NCBI GenBank assembly: GCA_030038295.1
Contig: JASHPF010000058.1
Location: 2,799-66,798, forward strand
DNA: 64,000 nucleotides
Direction: 5' to 3'
Source: Streptosporangiaceae bacterium
Lineage (GTDB): Bacteria > Actinomycetota > Actinomycetes > Streptosporangiales > Streptosporangiaceae
The translations under genes and the position numbers were made by a program. This document shows positions 11,776 through 21,737 of the stretch, one piece after another; the stretch's first letter is position 1; each line of letters opens with the position of its first letter. The notes under the pieces are model-generated. The model saw nothing but the letters and a program-made list of their open reading frames with translations. It made no database searches and had not been told where the DNA came from.

Positions 11776-13079
11776 CGGGCGCTCTCCTCCGCGAACAGCG
11801 TGGACGCGGCCGGGTCGAACGGGCAGCCGCCAATTCGCAGGTGCTCGATGTACTCGGCACGGAAGTACTTGATCGACGACACGGCCGGGCTGACCGCCGT
11901 GTCACCGAACGGGCAGAACGACCGGCCTACGATGTTGTCGCTGATGTCGAGGAGCTTGTCCAGGTCGCCCTCGCTGCCCGCACCGCGCTCCAGGTCGGTG
12001 AGGATCTGCGCCATCCAGTACGTGCCTTCCCGGCACGGGGTGCACTTGCCGCAGGACTCGTGCCGGTAGAATTCGGTCCACCGCAGCGCCGCTCGGACCA
12101 CGCACGTGGTCTCGTCGAAGATCTGCAGCCCGCGGGTGCCCAGCATGGTGCCCGCTGCCGCCGTGCCCTCGAAGTCCAGCGGCACATCGAGGTGCTCGTC
12201 GGTGAGGATCGGGGTCGACGACCCGCCCGGAGTCCAGAACTTCAGCCGGTGCCCGGCGCGCACTCCGCCCGCCAGAGTCAGCAGCTCGCGCAGGGTGGTG
12301 CCGAGCGGCGCCTCGTACTGGCCGGGCGTGGTGACGTGGCCGACCAGCGAGAAGATGCCGAAACCCTTCGACCGCTCGGTGCCGAGCGCAGCGAACGCCG
12401 CGGCTCCGTTCCTGATGATGAACGGCACGCTGGCGATCGACTCGACGTTGTTCACGACGGTGGGGCAGGCGTCCAGCCCGGCGGTGGCCGGGAATGGCGG
12501 CTTGAGCCGCGGCTGGCCCCGCTTGCCTTCCAGCGACTCCAGCAGCGCCGTTTCCTCGCCACACTCGTACGCCCCGGCGCCGGCGTGCACCACGACGTCC
12601 AGGTCCAAGCCGGAGCCGAGGATGTTCTTGCCAAGGTAGCCCGCCTCATAGGCCTCGGCCACCGCGTTGTGCAGCCGACGGATCACGTGCAGCACCTCGC
12701 CGCGCACGTAGATGAAGGCCAGGTTCGCCCGGATGGCGTAGCAGGCGATGATGGCGCCCTCGAGGAGGGTGTGCGGCGATGCCATCATCAGCGGCATGTC
12801 CTTGCACGTGCCCGGCTCCGACTCGTCGGCGTTCACCACAAGGTAGTGCGGCTTGCCATCGCCCTGCGGGATGAAGGCCCACTTATTACCGGTCGGGAAG
12901 CCGGCGCCGCCCCGGCCCCGCAGCCCGGACTCCTTGACCGTCTGGATGACCTGATCGGGCTCCATGGCCAGGGCCTTCCGCAGCGCCTGGTAGCCCCCAT
13001 GGCGGCGGTAACTGGACAGCAAGAACGAGGTCGGATCGTCCCAGTGCGCGGTCAGCTCGGGGGTCAGGATCGTGCTCAC
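11772..13079 (-). CDS. nuoF: NADH-quinone oxidoreductase subunit F
   Basis: 435 aa. FMN/NADH motifs [13 protein letters not shown] and [19 protein letters not shown], plus 4Fe-4S ligands [16 protein letters not shown] overlap with the nuoE stop. Confidence 0.95.
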   Translation of the reverse strand: MSTILTPELTAHWDDPTSFLLSSYRRHGGYQALRKALAMEPDQVIQTVKESGLRGRGGAGFPTGNKWAFIPQGDGKPHYLVVNADESEPGTCKDMPLMMASPHTLLEGAIIACYAIRANLAFIYVRGEVLHVIRRLHNAVAEAYEAGYLGKNILGSGLDLDVVVHAGAGAYECGEETALLESLEGKRGQPRLKPPFPATAGLDACPTVVNNVESIASVPFIIRNGAAAFAALGTERSKGFGIFSLVGHVTTPGQYEAPLGTTLRELLTLAGGVRAGHRLKFWTPGGSSTPILTDEHLDVPLDFEGTAAAGTMLGTRGLQIFDETTCVVRAALRWTEFYRHESCGKCTPCREGTYWMAQILTDLERGAGSEGDLDKLLDISDNIVGRSFCPFGDTAVSPAVSSIKYFRAEYIEHLRIGGCPFDPAASTLFAEESAR

Positions 13080-13795
13080 TGGCTGCTCCCCTTACCGGCG
13101 GAATCGGCCCCGGCGGCCCCGTTCCTGGTGCTGGCAGGATCATCATCATCAGGCGTCCAGCCCGCCGCCTTCGCGATGCGGAGCCCGGCAAGCGTGGGCG
13201 CGCCGGCGGTGTGACCGCCCGCCGCCTGGTCATCGGGGAAGCCGGCCAGTATCTGTGCCGCCTGCTTCCAGGTGCACAGCCGGGGCGCGCCGCGGGAGGG
13301 CGACACGTCGGCGCCCGAGCGCAGGGCGTCCACGAGGTTCCTGGCCTTCGCCGGGGTCATGTTGTCGAAGAATTCCCAGTTCACCATCACGACCGGGGCG
13401 TAGTCGCAGCCCGCGTTGCACTCCACGTGCTCGTAGCTGACCTTGCCATCCGGGGTCGGCTCGTCGACCTCGACGCCCAGGTGCTCCTTCAAGTCGGCGA
13501 AGATCGCGTCCCCGCCCATCACCGCGCACAGCGTGTTGGTGCACACCCCGACGTGGTACTCGCCGACCGGCTTGCGCTTGTACATGGTGTAGTACGAGAC
13601 CACGCCGGTGACGTCGGCCTCGGACAGCCCGAGCTGTTCCGCGCAGAACGCGATGCCATCCTCGGACACGTACCCCTCTTCCGACTGCACCAGGTGCAGC
13701 AGCGGCAGCATGGCCGAGCGGGCCGTCGGGTACCTGCCGATGATCTCGGCTGCTTGTGGTGCGAGCCGGGCGCGTGCCTCCTCGGTCAGCGCCAT
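13076..13795 (-). CDS. nuoE: NADH-quinone oxidoreductase subunit E
   Basis: ORF-track ORF trimmed to the ATG at 13795 ([11 protein letters not shown]), which shares one nt with the nuoD TAA. 2Fe-2S thioredoxin-like pattern HVGVCTNTLCAVMGG .. ECNAGCDYAP. Confidence 0.9.
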   Translation of the reverse strand: MALTEEARARLAPQAAEIIGRYPTARSAMLPLLHLVQSEEGYVSEDGIAFCAEQLGLSEADVTGVVSYYTMYKRKPVGEYHVGVCTNTLCAVMGGDAIFADLKEHLGVEVDEPTPDGKVSYEHVECNAGCDYAPVVMVNWEFFDNMTPAKARNLVDALRSGADVSPSRGAPRLCTWKQAAQILAGFPDDQAAGGHTAGAPTLAGLRIAKAAGWTPDDDDPASTRNGAAGADSAGKGSSQ

Positions 13796-15210
13796 TACCT
13801 GTCCACGCCTCCCATCACGGGGTCGATGCTGGCCACCGCGGCGATCACGTCGGCGACCATACCGCCCTCGCACATCGCGGAGACCGCCTGTAGGTTCGTG
13901 AAGGACGGATCCCGGAAGTGCACCCGGTACGGCCGGGTACCGCCCTCGCTGACCGCGTGGCAGCCAAGCTCGCCCCTAGGGGACTCGATGGCCACGTACA
14001 CCTGACCGGCCGGGACCCGGAAGCCCTCCGTCACCAGCTTGAAGTGATGGATGAGGGCCTCCATCGACTGGCTCATGATGTGCGCGATGTGGTCGGGTGA
14101 GTTGCCCATCCCGTCGGGCCCGAGCGCGAGCCGGGCTGGCCAGCCGATCTTAGCGTCGCGGATCATCACCGGCTCGTCACCCTGCCGCCCGCCCGCCAGC
14201 CGGTCCACGCACTGCCGGATGATCCGCAGCGACTGATCGAGCTCGTCCATCCGAACCTGATACCGGCCGAAGGGATCACAGGTGTCCCGAACTGGCACGT
14301 CGAACTCGTACGTCTCGTAGCCGCAGTACGGCTGGCTCTTCCGCAGGTCCCACGGCAGCCCGGCGGCACGCAGAATCGGGCCGGTGACCCCAAGCGCCAT
14401 GCAGCCCGTCACGTCCAGGTACGCAATGTTCTTGCTCCTGGCCAGGAACACGGGCGCGGCATCGAAGAGAGCCCGGATCTCGCCAAGAAGGCCCGGCATG
14501 ATCCGGACGTAGTCCCGCAGCCGCTCCAGCGCGCCGGCCGGCAGGTCCATCGAGACCCCGCCGGGCCGGATGTAGGCGTGGTTCATCCGCAGACCGGTGA
14601 TGAGCTCCAGCAGGTCGAGCGTCTTCTCCCGCTCCCGCATGCCGTACGTGAACACGGTGGACGCGCCCAGTTCCAAGCCCATTGTCCCGACCGCGGTCAG
14701 ATGCGAGCCGATCCGGTTCAGCTCCATCATCAGCACCCTGATGACGTTGGCCCGCTCGGGCACCTCGGACTCGATACCCAGCAGTTTCTCCACCGCCAGG
14801 CAGTAGGCGGTCTCGTTGAACAGCGGCGACAGGTAGTCCATCCGGGTGCAGAAGGTAACGCCCTGGGTCCAGGTACGGAACTCCATGCTCTTCTCGATGC
14901 CCGTGTGCAGGTAGCCGATCACCGGCCGGACCTCGGTGACGCTCTCGCCGTCGAGGGTCAAAACCAGTCGCAGCACGCCGTGCGTGGACGGGTGCTGCGG
15001 TCCCATGTTGACGACCAGGCGCTCACCACCCTGCCGGTCCTCCCCGGCCGCCGCGACGACCTCGTCCCAGTCCTCGCCGCTGACGTGGTAGACGCGACCC
15101 TCGTCGTAGTCGTCGCCTGAGTCGATGTCATACGGATCCTGCTCGTAGCGGTCCTCGTCGGCGTCATCCGCAGCTCCGCCGTTGGTCTGATGGTCGGCCG
15201 GAGCGGTCAT
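13795..15210 (-). CDS. nuoD: NADH-quinone oxidoreductase subunit D
   Basis: 471 aa. 49-kDa subunit signature [17 protein letters not shown], preceded by a strongly acidic N-terminal extension. Confidence 0.94.
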   Translation of the reverse strand: MTAPADHQTNGGAADDADEDRYEQDPYDIDSGDDYDEGRVYHVSGEDWDEVVAAAGEDRQGGERLVVNMGPQHPSTHGVLRLVLTLDGESVTEVRPVIGYLHTGIEKSMEFRTWTQGVTFCTRMDYLSPLFNETAYCLAVEKLLGIESEVPERANVIRVLMMELNRIGSHLTAVGTMGLELGASTVFTYGMREREKTLDLLELITGLRMNHAYIRPGGVSMDLPAGALERLRDYVRIMPGLLGEIRALFDAAPVFLARSKNIAYLDVTGCMALGVTGPILRAAGLPWDLRKSQPYCGYETYEFDVPVRDTCDPFGRYQVRMDELDQSLRIIRQCVDRLAGGRQGDEPVMIRDAKIGWPARLALGPDGMGNSPDHIAHIMSQSMEALIHHFKLVTEGFRVPAGQVYVAIESPRGELGCHAVSEGGTRPYRVHFRDPSFTNLQAVSAMCEGGMVADVIAAVASIDPVMGGVDR

Positions 15211-15935
15211 TCGTAAGCCCTCCGCTCTTCAGGGGGCGGGATGGTAGCGCCGCGGTACTCCACCGGGATACCGCCGAGTGGGTAGTCCTTCCGCTGCGGG
15301 TGCCCGCGCCAGTCATCCGGCATCTCGATCCGCGTCAGCGCGGGGTGACCGTCGAACACCAGGCCGAAGAAGTCCCAGGTCTCCCGCTCGTGGAAGTCGC
15401 AGGTGGGGTACACGCCCACCAGCGACGGCACGTGCGGGTCGGCGTCGGGCGCGGTCACCTCCAGCCGCACCCTGCGGTTGTGCGTGATGGACAGCAGGTG
15501 GTACACGGCGTGCAGCTCGGCGCCGGGGTCGTCCAGATAGTGCACGCCGGACACCCCCAGGCACAGCTCGAAGCGCAGCGCCGGGTCGTCCCGAAGCCGC
15601 GCCGCGACGGCCGGCAGGTGCTCGCGGCGAACGAAGAAGGTGAGGTCGCCGCTGGCGACGATCACCTGCTCGACGGCCGCGCCGAAGCTCGTGCCTGAGG
15701 TCGGCAGCGACGCCTCCAGCTGGTCGGCAACCTCGTCGAAGTACGAGCCGTACGGCCGCGGGCTGGGCACCCGCGGGGGCCGGCGGACCTGAAGGCCCCC
15801 GTAACCGGAGGTGTCGCCCGTGCCAGCAACGCCGAACATGCCGGTGCGCACCACCGGCTCGGTCAGCCGCTCCTGCCCGGCCGCTACTGCCGGGTCGGGC
15901 ACCGCCGGCTGCTGGTTGCCATCCGGCTCGCTCAT
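15207..15935 (-). CDS. nuoC: NADH-quinone oxidoreductase subunit C
   Basis: ORF-track ORF (to 16280) trimmed to ATG 15935 (MSEPDGNQQ). This forms an ATGA overlap with the nuoB stop. 30-kDa subunit block [18 protein letters not shown]. Confidence 0.9.
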   Translation of the reverse strand: MSEPDGNQQPAVPDPAVAAGQERLTEPVVRTGMFGVAGTGDTSGYGGLQVRRPPRVPSPRPYGSYFDEVADQLEASLPTSGTSFGAAVEQVIVASGDLTFFVRREHLPAVAARLRDDPALRFELCLGVSGVHYLDDPGAELHAVYHLLSITHNRRVRLEVTAPDADPHVPSLVGVYPTCDFHERETWDFFGLVFDGHPALTRIEMPDDWRGHPQRKDYPLGGIPVEYRGATIPPPEERRAYE

Positions 15936-16564
15936 ACCGGCCGCCTTGGCGCGAATTCGTCGCCCCGGTAGAACGGATCCGACTCCCGCACGGCCTGCTC
16001 GGCCACCGACAGCTGCTCTTCGTCCGGGCCTGCCACCAGCGGCAGCCTGCGCAGACCGGCCTCTTCCAGTTCGGTGATTTGCCGCTCCCGGTTGATGCCC
16101 AGCTTCATGTTCTGGATCTTGTCGTGCAGCTTGACGATCGAGTCGATCAGCATCTCGGGCCGCGGCGGACAGCCGGGCAGGTAGATGTCGACGGGCACGA
16201 TGTGGTCGACGCCCTGCACGATCGCGTAGTTGTTGAACATCCCGCCGCTCGACGCGCAGACGCCCATCGAGATCACCCACTTGGGATCGGGCATCTGGTC
16301 ATAGATCTGCCGCAGCACCGGCGCCATTTTCTGGCTGACCCGGCCTGCCACCACCATGAGGTCGGCCTGCCGCGGCGTCGAACCGGTCTTCTCCATACCG
16401 AACCTGGCTAGGTCATGCCGCGGGCCCCCGACCGCCATCAGTTCGATGGCACAGCAGGCCAGCCCGAACGTGGCCGGCCAGACCGAGTGGGCGCGGGCGT
16501 ACCCGGCGACCCTCTCCACGGTGGTCAGCAGTACGCCGCTCGGCAGCTTGTCCTCAAGTCCCAT
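15932..16564 (-). CDS. nuoB: NADH-quinone oxidoreductase subunit B
   Basis: 210 aa. N2-cluster ligand motifs [22 protein letters not shown] and GCPPRPE. Confidence 0.95.
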   Translation of the reverse strand: MGLEDKLPSGVLLTTVERVAGYARAHSVWPATFGLACCAIELMAVGGPRHDLARFGMEKTGSTPRQADLMVVAGRVSQKMAPVLRQIYDQMPDPKWVISMGVCASSGGMFNNYAIVQGVDHIVPVDIYLPGCPPRPEMLIDSIVKLHDKIQNMKLGINRERQITELEEAGLRRLPLVAGPDEEQLSVAEQAVRESDPFYRGDEFAPRRPV

Positions 16565-16567
16565 TGC

Positions 16568-16924
16568 CTAGTCCCACTCCAGCCCGCCGCGGCGCCAGAC
16601 GTAGGCGTAAGCGATCAGCACCGTGACGATGAACGTGACCATCTCCACCAGGCCGAAGACGCCGAGCTTGTCGAAGTAGACGGCCCACGGATAGAGGAAG
16701 ATGATCTCGATGTCGAAGATGATGAACAGCATCGCCGTCAGGTAGTACTTGACGGGGAACCGCATCCCCCGCCCCTGCCTGGTCGGCTCGATGCCGCACT
16801 CGTAGCTATCGAGCTTGGCTCGGTTCCATCGCCTCGGGCCGGCCAGCGCGCCTGCTACCAGCGAGAAGACCGCGAAGATCGCGGAGAGGATGCCGAGCAC
16901 GAGGATCGGCACGTACAGGCTCAT
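16568..16924 (-). CDS. nuoA: NADH-quinone oxidoreductase subunit A
   Basis: 118-aa ND3-like three-TM ORF (YECGIEP). First gene of the array. Confidence 0.92.
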   Translation of the reverse strand: MSLYVPILVLGILSAIFAVFSLVAGALAGPRRWNRAKLDSYECGIEPTRQGRGMRFPVKYYLTAMLFIIFDIEIIFLYPWAVYFDKLGVFGLVEMVTFIVTVLIAYAYVWRRGGLEWD

Positions 16925-16995
16925 CGCCCTGTCACCCCCTTATCCCGATGGGCGCCAACGTCGGCGGCACCGCCGGTTTTGCCAGTCATCGCCGG

Positions 16996-18366
16996 TTACG
17001 CCGCGGGCGTCATCTTAGACACCGCGTTGAGTAGTCGGTCCACGGCGTCGCCGCCGCGGGTTTCGGTCAGGTTGCCAAGCAGCTTCATGCTGAACCGCAT
17101 CACGGCCGGGCGCTTCACGCCGTGCTTGGTGGCGAACTTCATGAACGACGGCTTGCCGATCAGCTCGACGAAGATCCGGCCGAGCGTGTAGTAGCCGCCG
17201 TAGGCGTCCTTGAGCTGCCGCGGGTAGCTCTGCAGCACGAGCTCGCGACCCGCCGCCGTGGTCCGGGCCAGCGCCTGCGTGATCACTCGCGCGGCGATCT
17301 CGGCGGACTCGAGGGCGTAGGCGATGCCCTCCCCGTTGAACGGGTTGACCATCCCGGCGGCGTCGCCGACCAGCACCAGGCCGCGCGTGTAGTGGGGTGT
17401 CCGGTTGAAGGCCATGGGCAGGGCGGCGCCGCGGACCGGCTGGGTCCGATTGTCCTCGGTGAAGCCCCACTCGGCCGGCATCGTCGCCAGCCACCGGCGC
17501 AGCAGGTCGCGGTAGTCGATCTCGCCGAAGCCAGCCGAGGTGTTGAGCAGGCCGACCCCGACGTTGGAGGTGCCGTCCCCCATGCCGAAGATCCAGCCAT
17601 AGCCGGGCAGCAAACAGGTGCCGTCCCAGAGATCGAGCCAGGCCTCGAGGTAGTCGTCGTCGTGCCGCGGCGAGGAGTAATAGGTGCGGACCGCCACGCC
17701 GAGCGGCCGGTCCTCTCGCTTGTGCAGGCCCATGGCCACCGACAGCCGGGAGGAGTTACCGTCGGCCGCCACGACCAGCCGGCCCCGGAACTGGCGGCCG
17801 TCCTTGGCGGTCACGCCGATGATGCGGCCGGTCCGATCGTCGAGCAGCGGGCTCGTCACGGCCGTGCCCTCGAGCAGCCGGACGCCGGCCTTCTCCGCGT
17901 GCCTGGCCAGGATCTGGTCGAAATCGATCCGGGACCGGACCAGCCCGTAGCCCGGGTAGCTGGACATTTCGGGCCAGTCCAGCTCGATGCGGCCGCCGCC
18001 GCCGATGATCCGCAGCCCCTTGTTCCGCAGCCAGCCGTCGGTCTCCGGCAGCGGCACGCCCATGGCCGTCAGCGCTTTGACCGCGCGGGGCGTCAGCCCG
18101 TCACCGCAGACCTTTTCCCTGGGAAAGTGGGCCTTCTCCAGCAGCAGCACGTCCAGGCCCGCGGTCGCCAGGTAAAAGGACACCGCAGACCCGGCCGGGC
18201 CGGCGCCGACGACAATGACGTCGGCGATCTCGCCGCGCGTGGCGCCGCCGGGCACGCTGGCGCGTGCGCCGATCTCGCCATCTACAGGAGCGTTGCCGTG
18301 CGGGAGAGCACCGGCATCCTGAGGGGGCAAGTCCGGCCTACCGGCGGGGGGTACTTGCTCGGTCAC
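16996..18366 (-). CDS. FAD-dependent geranylgeranyl reductase family protein (MenJ-like menaquinone isoprenoid reductase)
   Basis: FAD fold motif DVIVVGAGPAGSAVSFYLATAG. Family blocks REKVCGDGLT and LVGDAAGMVNPFNGEGI. ORF-track ORF (to 18549) trimmed to GTG 18366 (VTEQVPPAG); the start is uncertain. Sits beside menG as in mycobacterial menJ loci. Confidence 0.8.
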   Translation of the reverse strand: MTEQVPPAGRPDLPPQDAGALPHGNAPVDGEIGARASVPGGATRGEIADVIVVGAGPAGSAVSFYLATAGLDVLLLEKAHFPREKVCGDGLTPRAVKALTAMGVPLPETDGWLRNKGLRIIGGGGRIELDWPEMSSYPGYGLVRSRIDFDQILARHAEKAGVRLLEGTAVTSPLLDDRTGRIIGVTAKDGRQFRGRLVVAADGNSSRLSVAMGLHKREDRPLGVAVRTYYSSPRHDDDYLEAWLDLWDGTCLLPGYGWIFGMGDGTSNVGVGLLNTSAGFGEIDYRDLLRRWLATMPAEWGFTEDNRTQPVRGAALPMAFNRTPHYTRGLVLVGDAAGMVNPFNGEGIAYALESAEIAARVITQALARTTAAGRELVLQSYPRQLKDAYGGYYTLGRIFVELIGKPSFMKFATKHGVKRPAVMRFSMKLLGNLTETRGGDAVDRLLNAVSKMTPAA

Positions 18367-18383
18367 GGACCCGTCCTGATCTA

Positions 18384-18405
18384 TCTTGTGAACCCCTTCA
18401 CAAGA
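18384..18405. promoter_or_regulatory. Perfect palindrome TCTTGTGAA-cccc-TTCACAAGA containing a CRP/GlxR-type box TGTGA-N6-TCACA
   Basis: 9-bp perfect inverted arms seen directly in the sequence, about 18-40 nt upstream of the proposed GTG of the reductase gene. The core matches the actinobacterial CRP/GlxR consensus. Confidence 0.55.
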
Positions 18406-18553
18406 GCTTCCGCTGCGAAGTCTAGTCCTGCCGTGGCATTGCTGGCCGGGCGACCCGCGGCCGGTGGCGCCGGTCAGGCCGAGCGGCCGCGAGGGTGCGG
18501 TGACCGCCCGCCGATCGGCCCCCGTTCCCCTGACCTTTATGCAGGTCAAACCC

Positions 18554-19252
18554 CTAGCCTGGGCGCCGTGCCTCGTGCAGGGCCACGACCCCGAGGGTCA
18601 GGTTCCGCCAGCTCACCCCGGACCAGCCAGCCGCCGCGATCTGCCCCGCCAGCACCTGCTGGGCCGGCCACTCCCTGATCGACTCCGCCAGGTAGTCATA
18701 CGCCTCGGCGTTGCCGGATAGCCGACGGGCCACGGCCGGCAGCACCCCGGACAGGTACCGTTCATACAGCCCGTTCAGCCGCGGCAGCGGCAGGTGGCTG
18801 AACTCGCAGACGACGAGCCGTCCACCGGGCCTGGTCACCCGCAGCAGCTCCCGCAGCGCCTGGCCGACGTCGACCACGTTCCGCAGCCCGAACGAGATCG
18901 TGACCACGTCGAACGTGGCCGCCGCGAACGGCAGGGCCAGCGCATCCCCCGCCACGAACGCCAGCCCCGTCGCCGGCCGGCGCGCGCCGACGCGGAGCAT
19001 CCCCAGCGAGAAGTCACAGGCCACGGACCGAGCCCCCCGCCGCGCGAACGCGCGGGTCGAGGTCCCGGTCCCCGCGGCCAGGTCCAGGACGAGCTGCCCG
19101 GAACCGCCATCCACCGCGCGGCCAACCACCCGTCGCCACCATCGGTCCATCCCGCCCGACAGCGCGTCGTTCAGCACGTCATAACGACCGGCCACGGCGT
19201 CAAACATCGCCGAGACCTCGGCAGGCCGTTTATCCAGCCCTGCGCGCGCCAT
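18554..19252 (-). CDS. menG: Demethylmenaquinone methyltransferase (UbiE/MenG family)
   Basis: ORF-track ORF (to 19543) trimmed to ATG 19252 ([29 protein letters not shown]). SAM motif [15 protein letters not shown]. UbiE block [13 protein letters not shown]. Confidence 0.88.
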   Translation of the reverse strand: MARAGLDKRPAEVSAMFDAVAGRYDVLNDALSGGMDRWWRRVVGRAVDGGSGQLVLDLAAGTGTSTRAFARRGARSVACDFSLGMLRVGARRPATGLAFVAGDALALPFAAATFDVVTISFGLRNVVDVGQALRELLRVTRPGGRLVVCEFSHLPLPRLNGLYERYLSGVLPAVARRLSGNAEAYDYLAESIREWPAQQVLAGQIAAAGWSGVSWRNLTLGVVALHEARRPG

Positions 19253-19460
19253 ACGGCTCAGCCTGGCACACGTGCGGTCGGTCACCAGAGTTCGGTCCTG
19301 CCGCGTGCCCGGCCCGCCGCGGCCGGCCCGCAGCCGAAACCTCGCGATCCCGGGCCGGCCCCGCGACACGCGGCTAGAGCGACTGCGAGGGCACGCCCCG
19401 CCGCATACCCTGGCTGCCGAGTGCAATGCTGAGACCGCCTGAACTGGCGCTGAGGTCGAG

Positions 19461-20828
19461 GTGGGTAGAGAAGTGGCCGCGCCACTGTCCTTGCCGGGCC
19501 CGGACACCGCCGGTGCTGACGAGTTCCGCGGGCTCAAGCTCATGGAAATTGAGCTCAGCCAGCCGTTGCCCGGCCTGAGTTACGACGGCAAGTACCGGCG
19601 AGTCTGGATACTTGTCCGGCTGCTCACTGAGCCGATCGGGGCGTGCATCGTCGACGTCGATGCCGACGGCCTCAGCCCGGCGCGCCTCGGCTCCCTCCTC
19701 TGGCACGACCTCCAGCACGCCATTACCTCGCGGTTCGAGGCCGCTCGGCTGCCCGCGCCAGCGGGGCTGACGGGCGACGGACTCGACGTGGCAGCCGAGT
19801 CCTGGCCATTCCTGCAGGCACGAGCCGCGGCGCTGGGCGCGCCGCCGTTCATCAGCGTGATCGTCTGCACCTACAATCGCCCAGCTCAGCTCGAGGTGTG
19901 CCTGGGGCATCTGGAGAAGCAGCAGTATCCCTCGTTCGAGGTCATCGTTGTCGACAACGGCCCGCGGGCAGATGTCGTGAGGGCCCACGTCGCGTCGCTC
20001 GACGCCGCCAGGTACCGCTATCTCCACGAGCCGCGAGCTGGCCTCTCCCGGGCACGCAACGCGGGTGTCGCGGCGGCCTCGGGTGACATCGTGGCCTTCA
20101 TCGATGATGACGAGGAACCCGACGTCTGCTGGCTGGCAGCGCTCGCACGCGGGTTCGACCGCGGCAGCGACGTCGCGTGTGTGACTGGCTTGATACTGCC
20201 CGCCTGCCTGGACACCGAGGCGCAGTTCCTATTCGAGGAGATCGGCGGCCATAGCAAAGGGCGCGGCTTTGAGCCGGCGATCTTCTCCGCGCACGGCCCG
20301 CAAAGTCCGTTGTTTCCACAGCCGCCGTTCGGTGCGGGCGGAAACATGGCGTTCCGGCGGGCGGCTCTCTCGAAGATCGGCCGCTTCGATCAGGCGCTGG
20401 GAGCCGGGACCCCCTCGCTTGGCGCGGAAGACACGCTGGCGCTCACGCTCGTGTTGCTCAGCGGTTTCACCATCGCCTACGAGCCTGCGGCCTTCGTCCG
20501 TCACCATCATTACCGCGATTTCGCCGGTGCGGCCGGCCAGCTGCGCGGGTACGCCGTCGGGATGGGCGCCTTCTACGTCGCCCTGCTGCGTCGTCGGCCG
20601 CGGCTCGTCGGGGACCTCGTGCGGCTGGCCCCTGAGGCCGTGCGCTACCTGCGCGGATCACGTTCGCGAGCGGACCAGCTACCGGTCCCGCATCGGACCG
20701 AACTGGTCTTCCGACGCGGCCGCCAGATGCTCGCGGGACCTCCGGCTTACCTGCGGGGCGTACTCAGAAATGCCTGGTCAAGCGCGCTACAGACCGCGGG
20801 CGGCAGGAAGCCCGGGGCACGGCGCTGA
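19461..20828 (+). CDS. Glycosyltransferase family 2
   Basis: GT-A motifs [19 protein letters not shown] and [23 protein letters not shown] (DxD). ATG 19542 (MEIELSQ) is an alternative start. Divergent from menG. Confidence 0.8.
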   Translation: MGREVAAPLSLPGPDTAGADEFRGLKLMEIELSQPLPGLSYDGKYRRVWILVRLLTEPIGACIVDVDADGLSPARLGSLLWHDLQHAITSRFEAARLPAPAGLTGDGLDVAAESWPFLQARAAALGAPPFISVIVCTYNRPAQLEVCLGHLEKQQYPSFEVIVVDNGPRADVVRAHVASLDAARYRYLHEPRAGLSRARNAGVAAASGDIVAFIDDDEEPDVCWLAALARGFDRGSDVACVTGLILPACLDTEAQFLFEEIGGHSKGRGFEPAIFSAHGPQSPLFPQPPFGAGGNMAFRRAALSKIGRFDQALGAGTPSLGAEDTLALTLVLLSGFTIAYEPAAFVRHHHYRDFAGAAGQLRGYAVGMGAFYVALLRRRPRLVGDLVRLAPEAVRYLRGSRSRADQLPVPHRTELVFRRGRQMLAGPPAYLRGVLRNAWSSALQTAGGRKPGARR

Positions 20829-20889
20829 CGGCGTAACGGCGTATTCCCTGACCGGGGCCGCGAAACGGGCGTCCTTGTAGCATGACGCC

Positions 20890-21696
20890 ATGCCGACGCT
20901 GACGTGGAACCGGCACGAATGGGACCATCGTTATGGGTGGGCTGGTCGGGGTGACGAGTGGTCAGCGCCGTGGGGCGGTCCCGAGGCCCAGTGGCAGAGG
21001 TGCGTCTACCCGCGGATTGCTCGCTTCCTGCCAACCGGAACGATCCTGGAAATCGCACCTGGCTTTGGCAGGTGGACGCAATTCCTGCTCGGTCAGTGCG
21101 AGTCGTATGTCGGAGTCGACCTTGCCGAGCGGTGTGTTGCCACCTGCACCGAGCGGTTCGCCGGGCAGGACCACGCCCAGTTCTTTGTCAACGATGGGCT
21201 ATCCGTGCCGATGGTTGCTGACAGCACGGTCGACTTCGCCTTCAGCTTCGACTCTCTCGTCCACTGCGAGCAGGACGTCGTCGGAGCATATCTGCGTGAG
21301 CTACGCAGAGTTCTCGCGCCGACGGGCGTTGCTTTCCTCCATCACTCGAACCTTGGGGTTTATCGTCGCACCACGGCGCTTGTCGATGCGGTGGGCCGGG
21401 CACTCTCGCCGTTCTCCGCGCGTGCCAGGAACGGCGTACAGCTCTGGAACTACTGGCGCGGCCAGTCAGTGACCGCCGACCGCTTCGTCGAACTGTGCGC
21501 GGCCGCGGACCTCACGTGCGTCAGCCAGGAGGTCATCAACTGGGTCGGCCGCGGGCCCCTGCTCCTCGACTGCATCTCGGTGGTTACTCAGCCTGGTTCG
21601 AGATGGGATCAGCCCCTGATTCGCACGACCAATCGCCGGTTTAGCGCGGCTGCCCGGTCATCTGCCGCCGCCGCGCAGCTTTTCCTTGCGCGATAG
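20890..21696 (+). CDS. Class I SAM-dependent methyltransferase
   Basis: 268 aa. Motif I ILEIAPGFGRWT, then VGVDL and DFAFSFDSLVH. Confidence 0.75.
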   Translation: MPTLTWNRHEWDHRYGWAGRGDEWSAPWGGPEAQWQRCVYPRIARFLPTGTILEIAPGFGRWTQFLLGQCESYVGVDLAERCVATCTERFAGQDHAQFFVNDGLSVPMVADSTVDFAFSFDSLVHCEQDVVGAYLRELRRVLAPTGVAFLHHSNLGVYRRTTALVDAVGRALSPFSARARNGVQLWNYWRGQSVTADRFVELCAAADLTCVSQEVINWVGRGPLLLDCISVVTQPGSRWDQPLIRTTNRRFSAAARSSAAAAQLFLAR

Positions 21697-21737
21697 CCGC
21701 GTGCCGGGCCGGTGACTCACGCGCGGACGCCGGGCTT

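Noticed and set aside
9379-12069. 896-aa plus-strand ORF, the longest ORF in the track
   Set aside because: It lies fully antisense to nuoG/nuoF. Its product is Arg/Gly/Pro/Ala-rich and low in complexity, with no recognisable motif. This is a typical shadow ORF of high-GC DNA, while the opposite strand encodes clear NuoG/NuoF motifs.
19253-19460. Possible direct repeats marking island boundaries (AGCCTGGCA occurs in both the left spacer and the right spacer near 39198)
   Set aside because: A single 9-nt match in GC-rich DNA is within chance expectation. No longer flanking repeat was visible by eye.
19374-20027. 217-aa minus-strand ORF spanning the menG/GT2 divergent spacer
   Set aside because: Most of it is antisense to the GT2 coding region, which has clear GT-A motifs. 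No motif is recognisable, and its composition is typical of an off-frame ORF.
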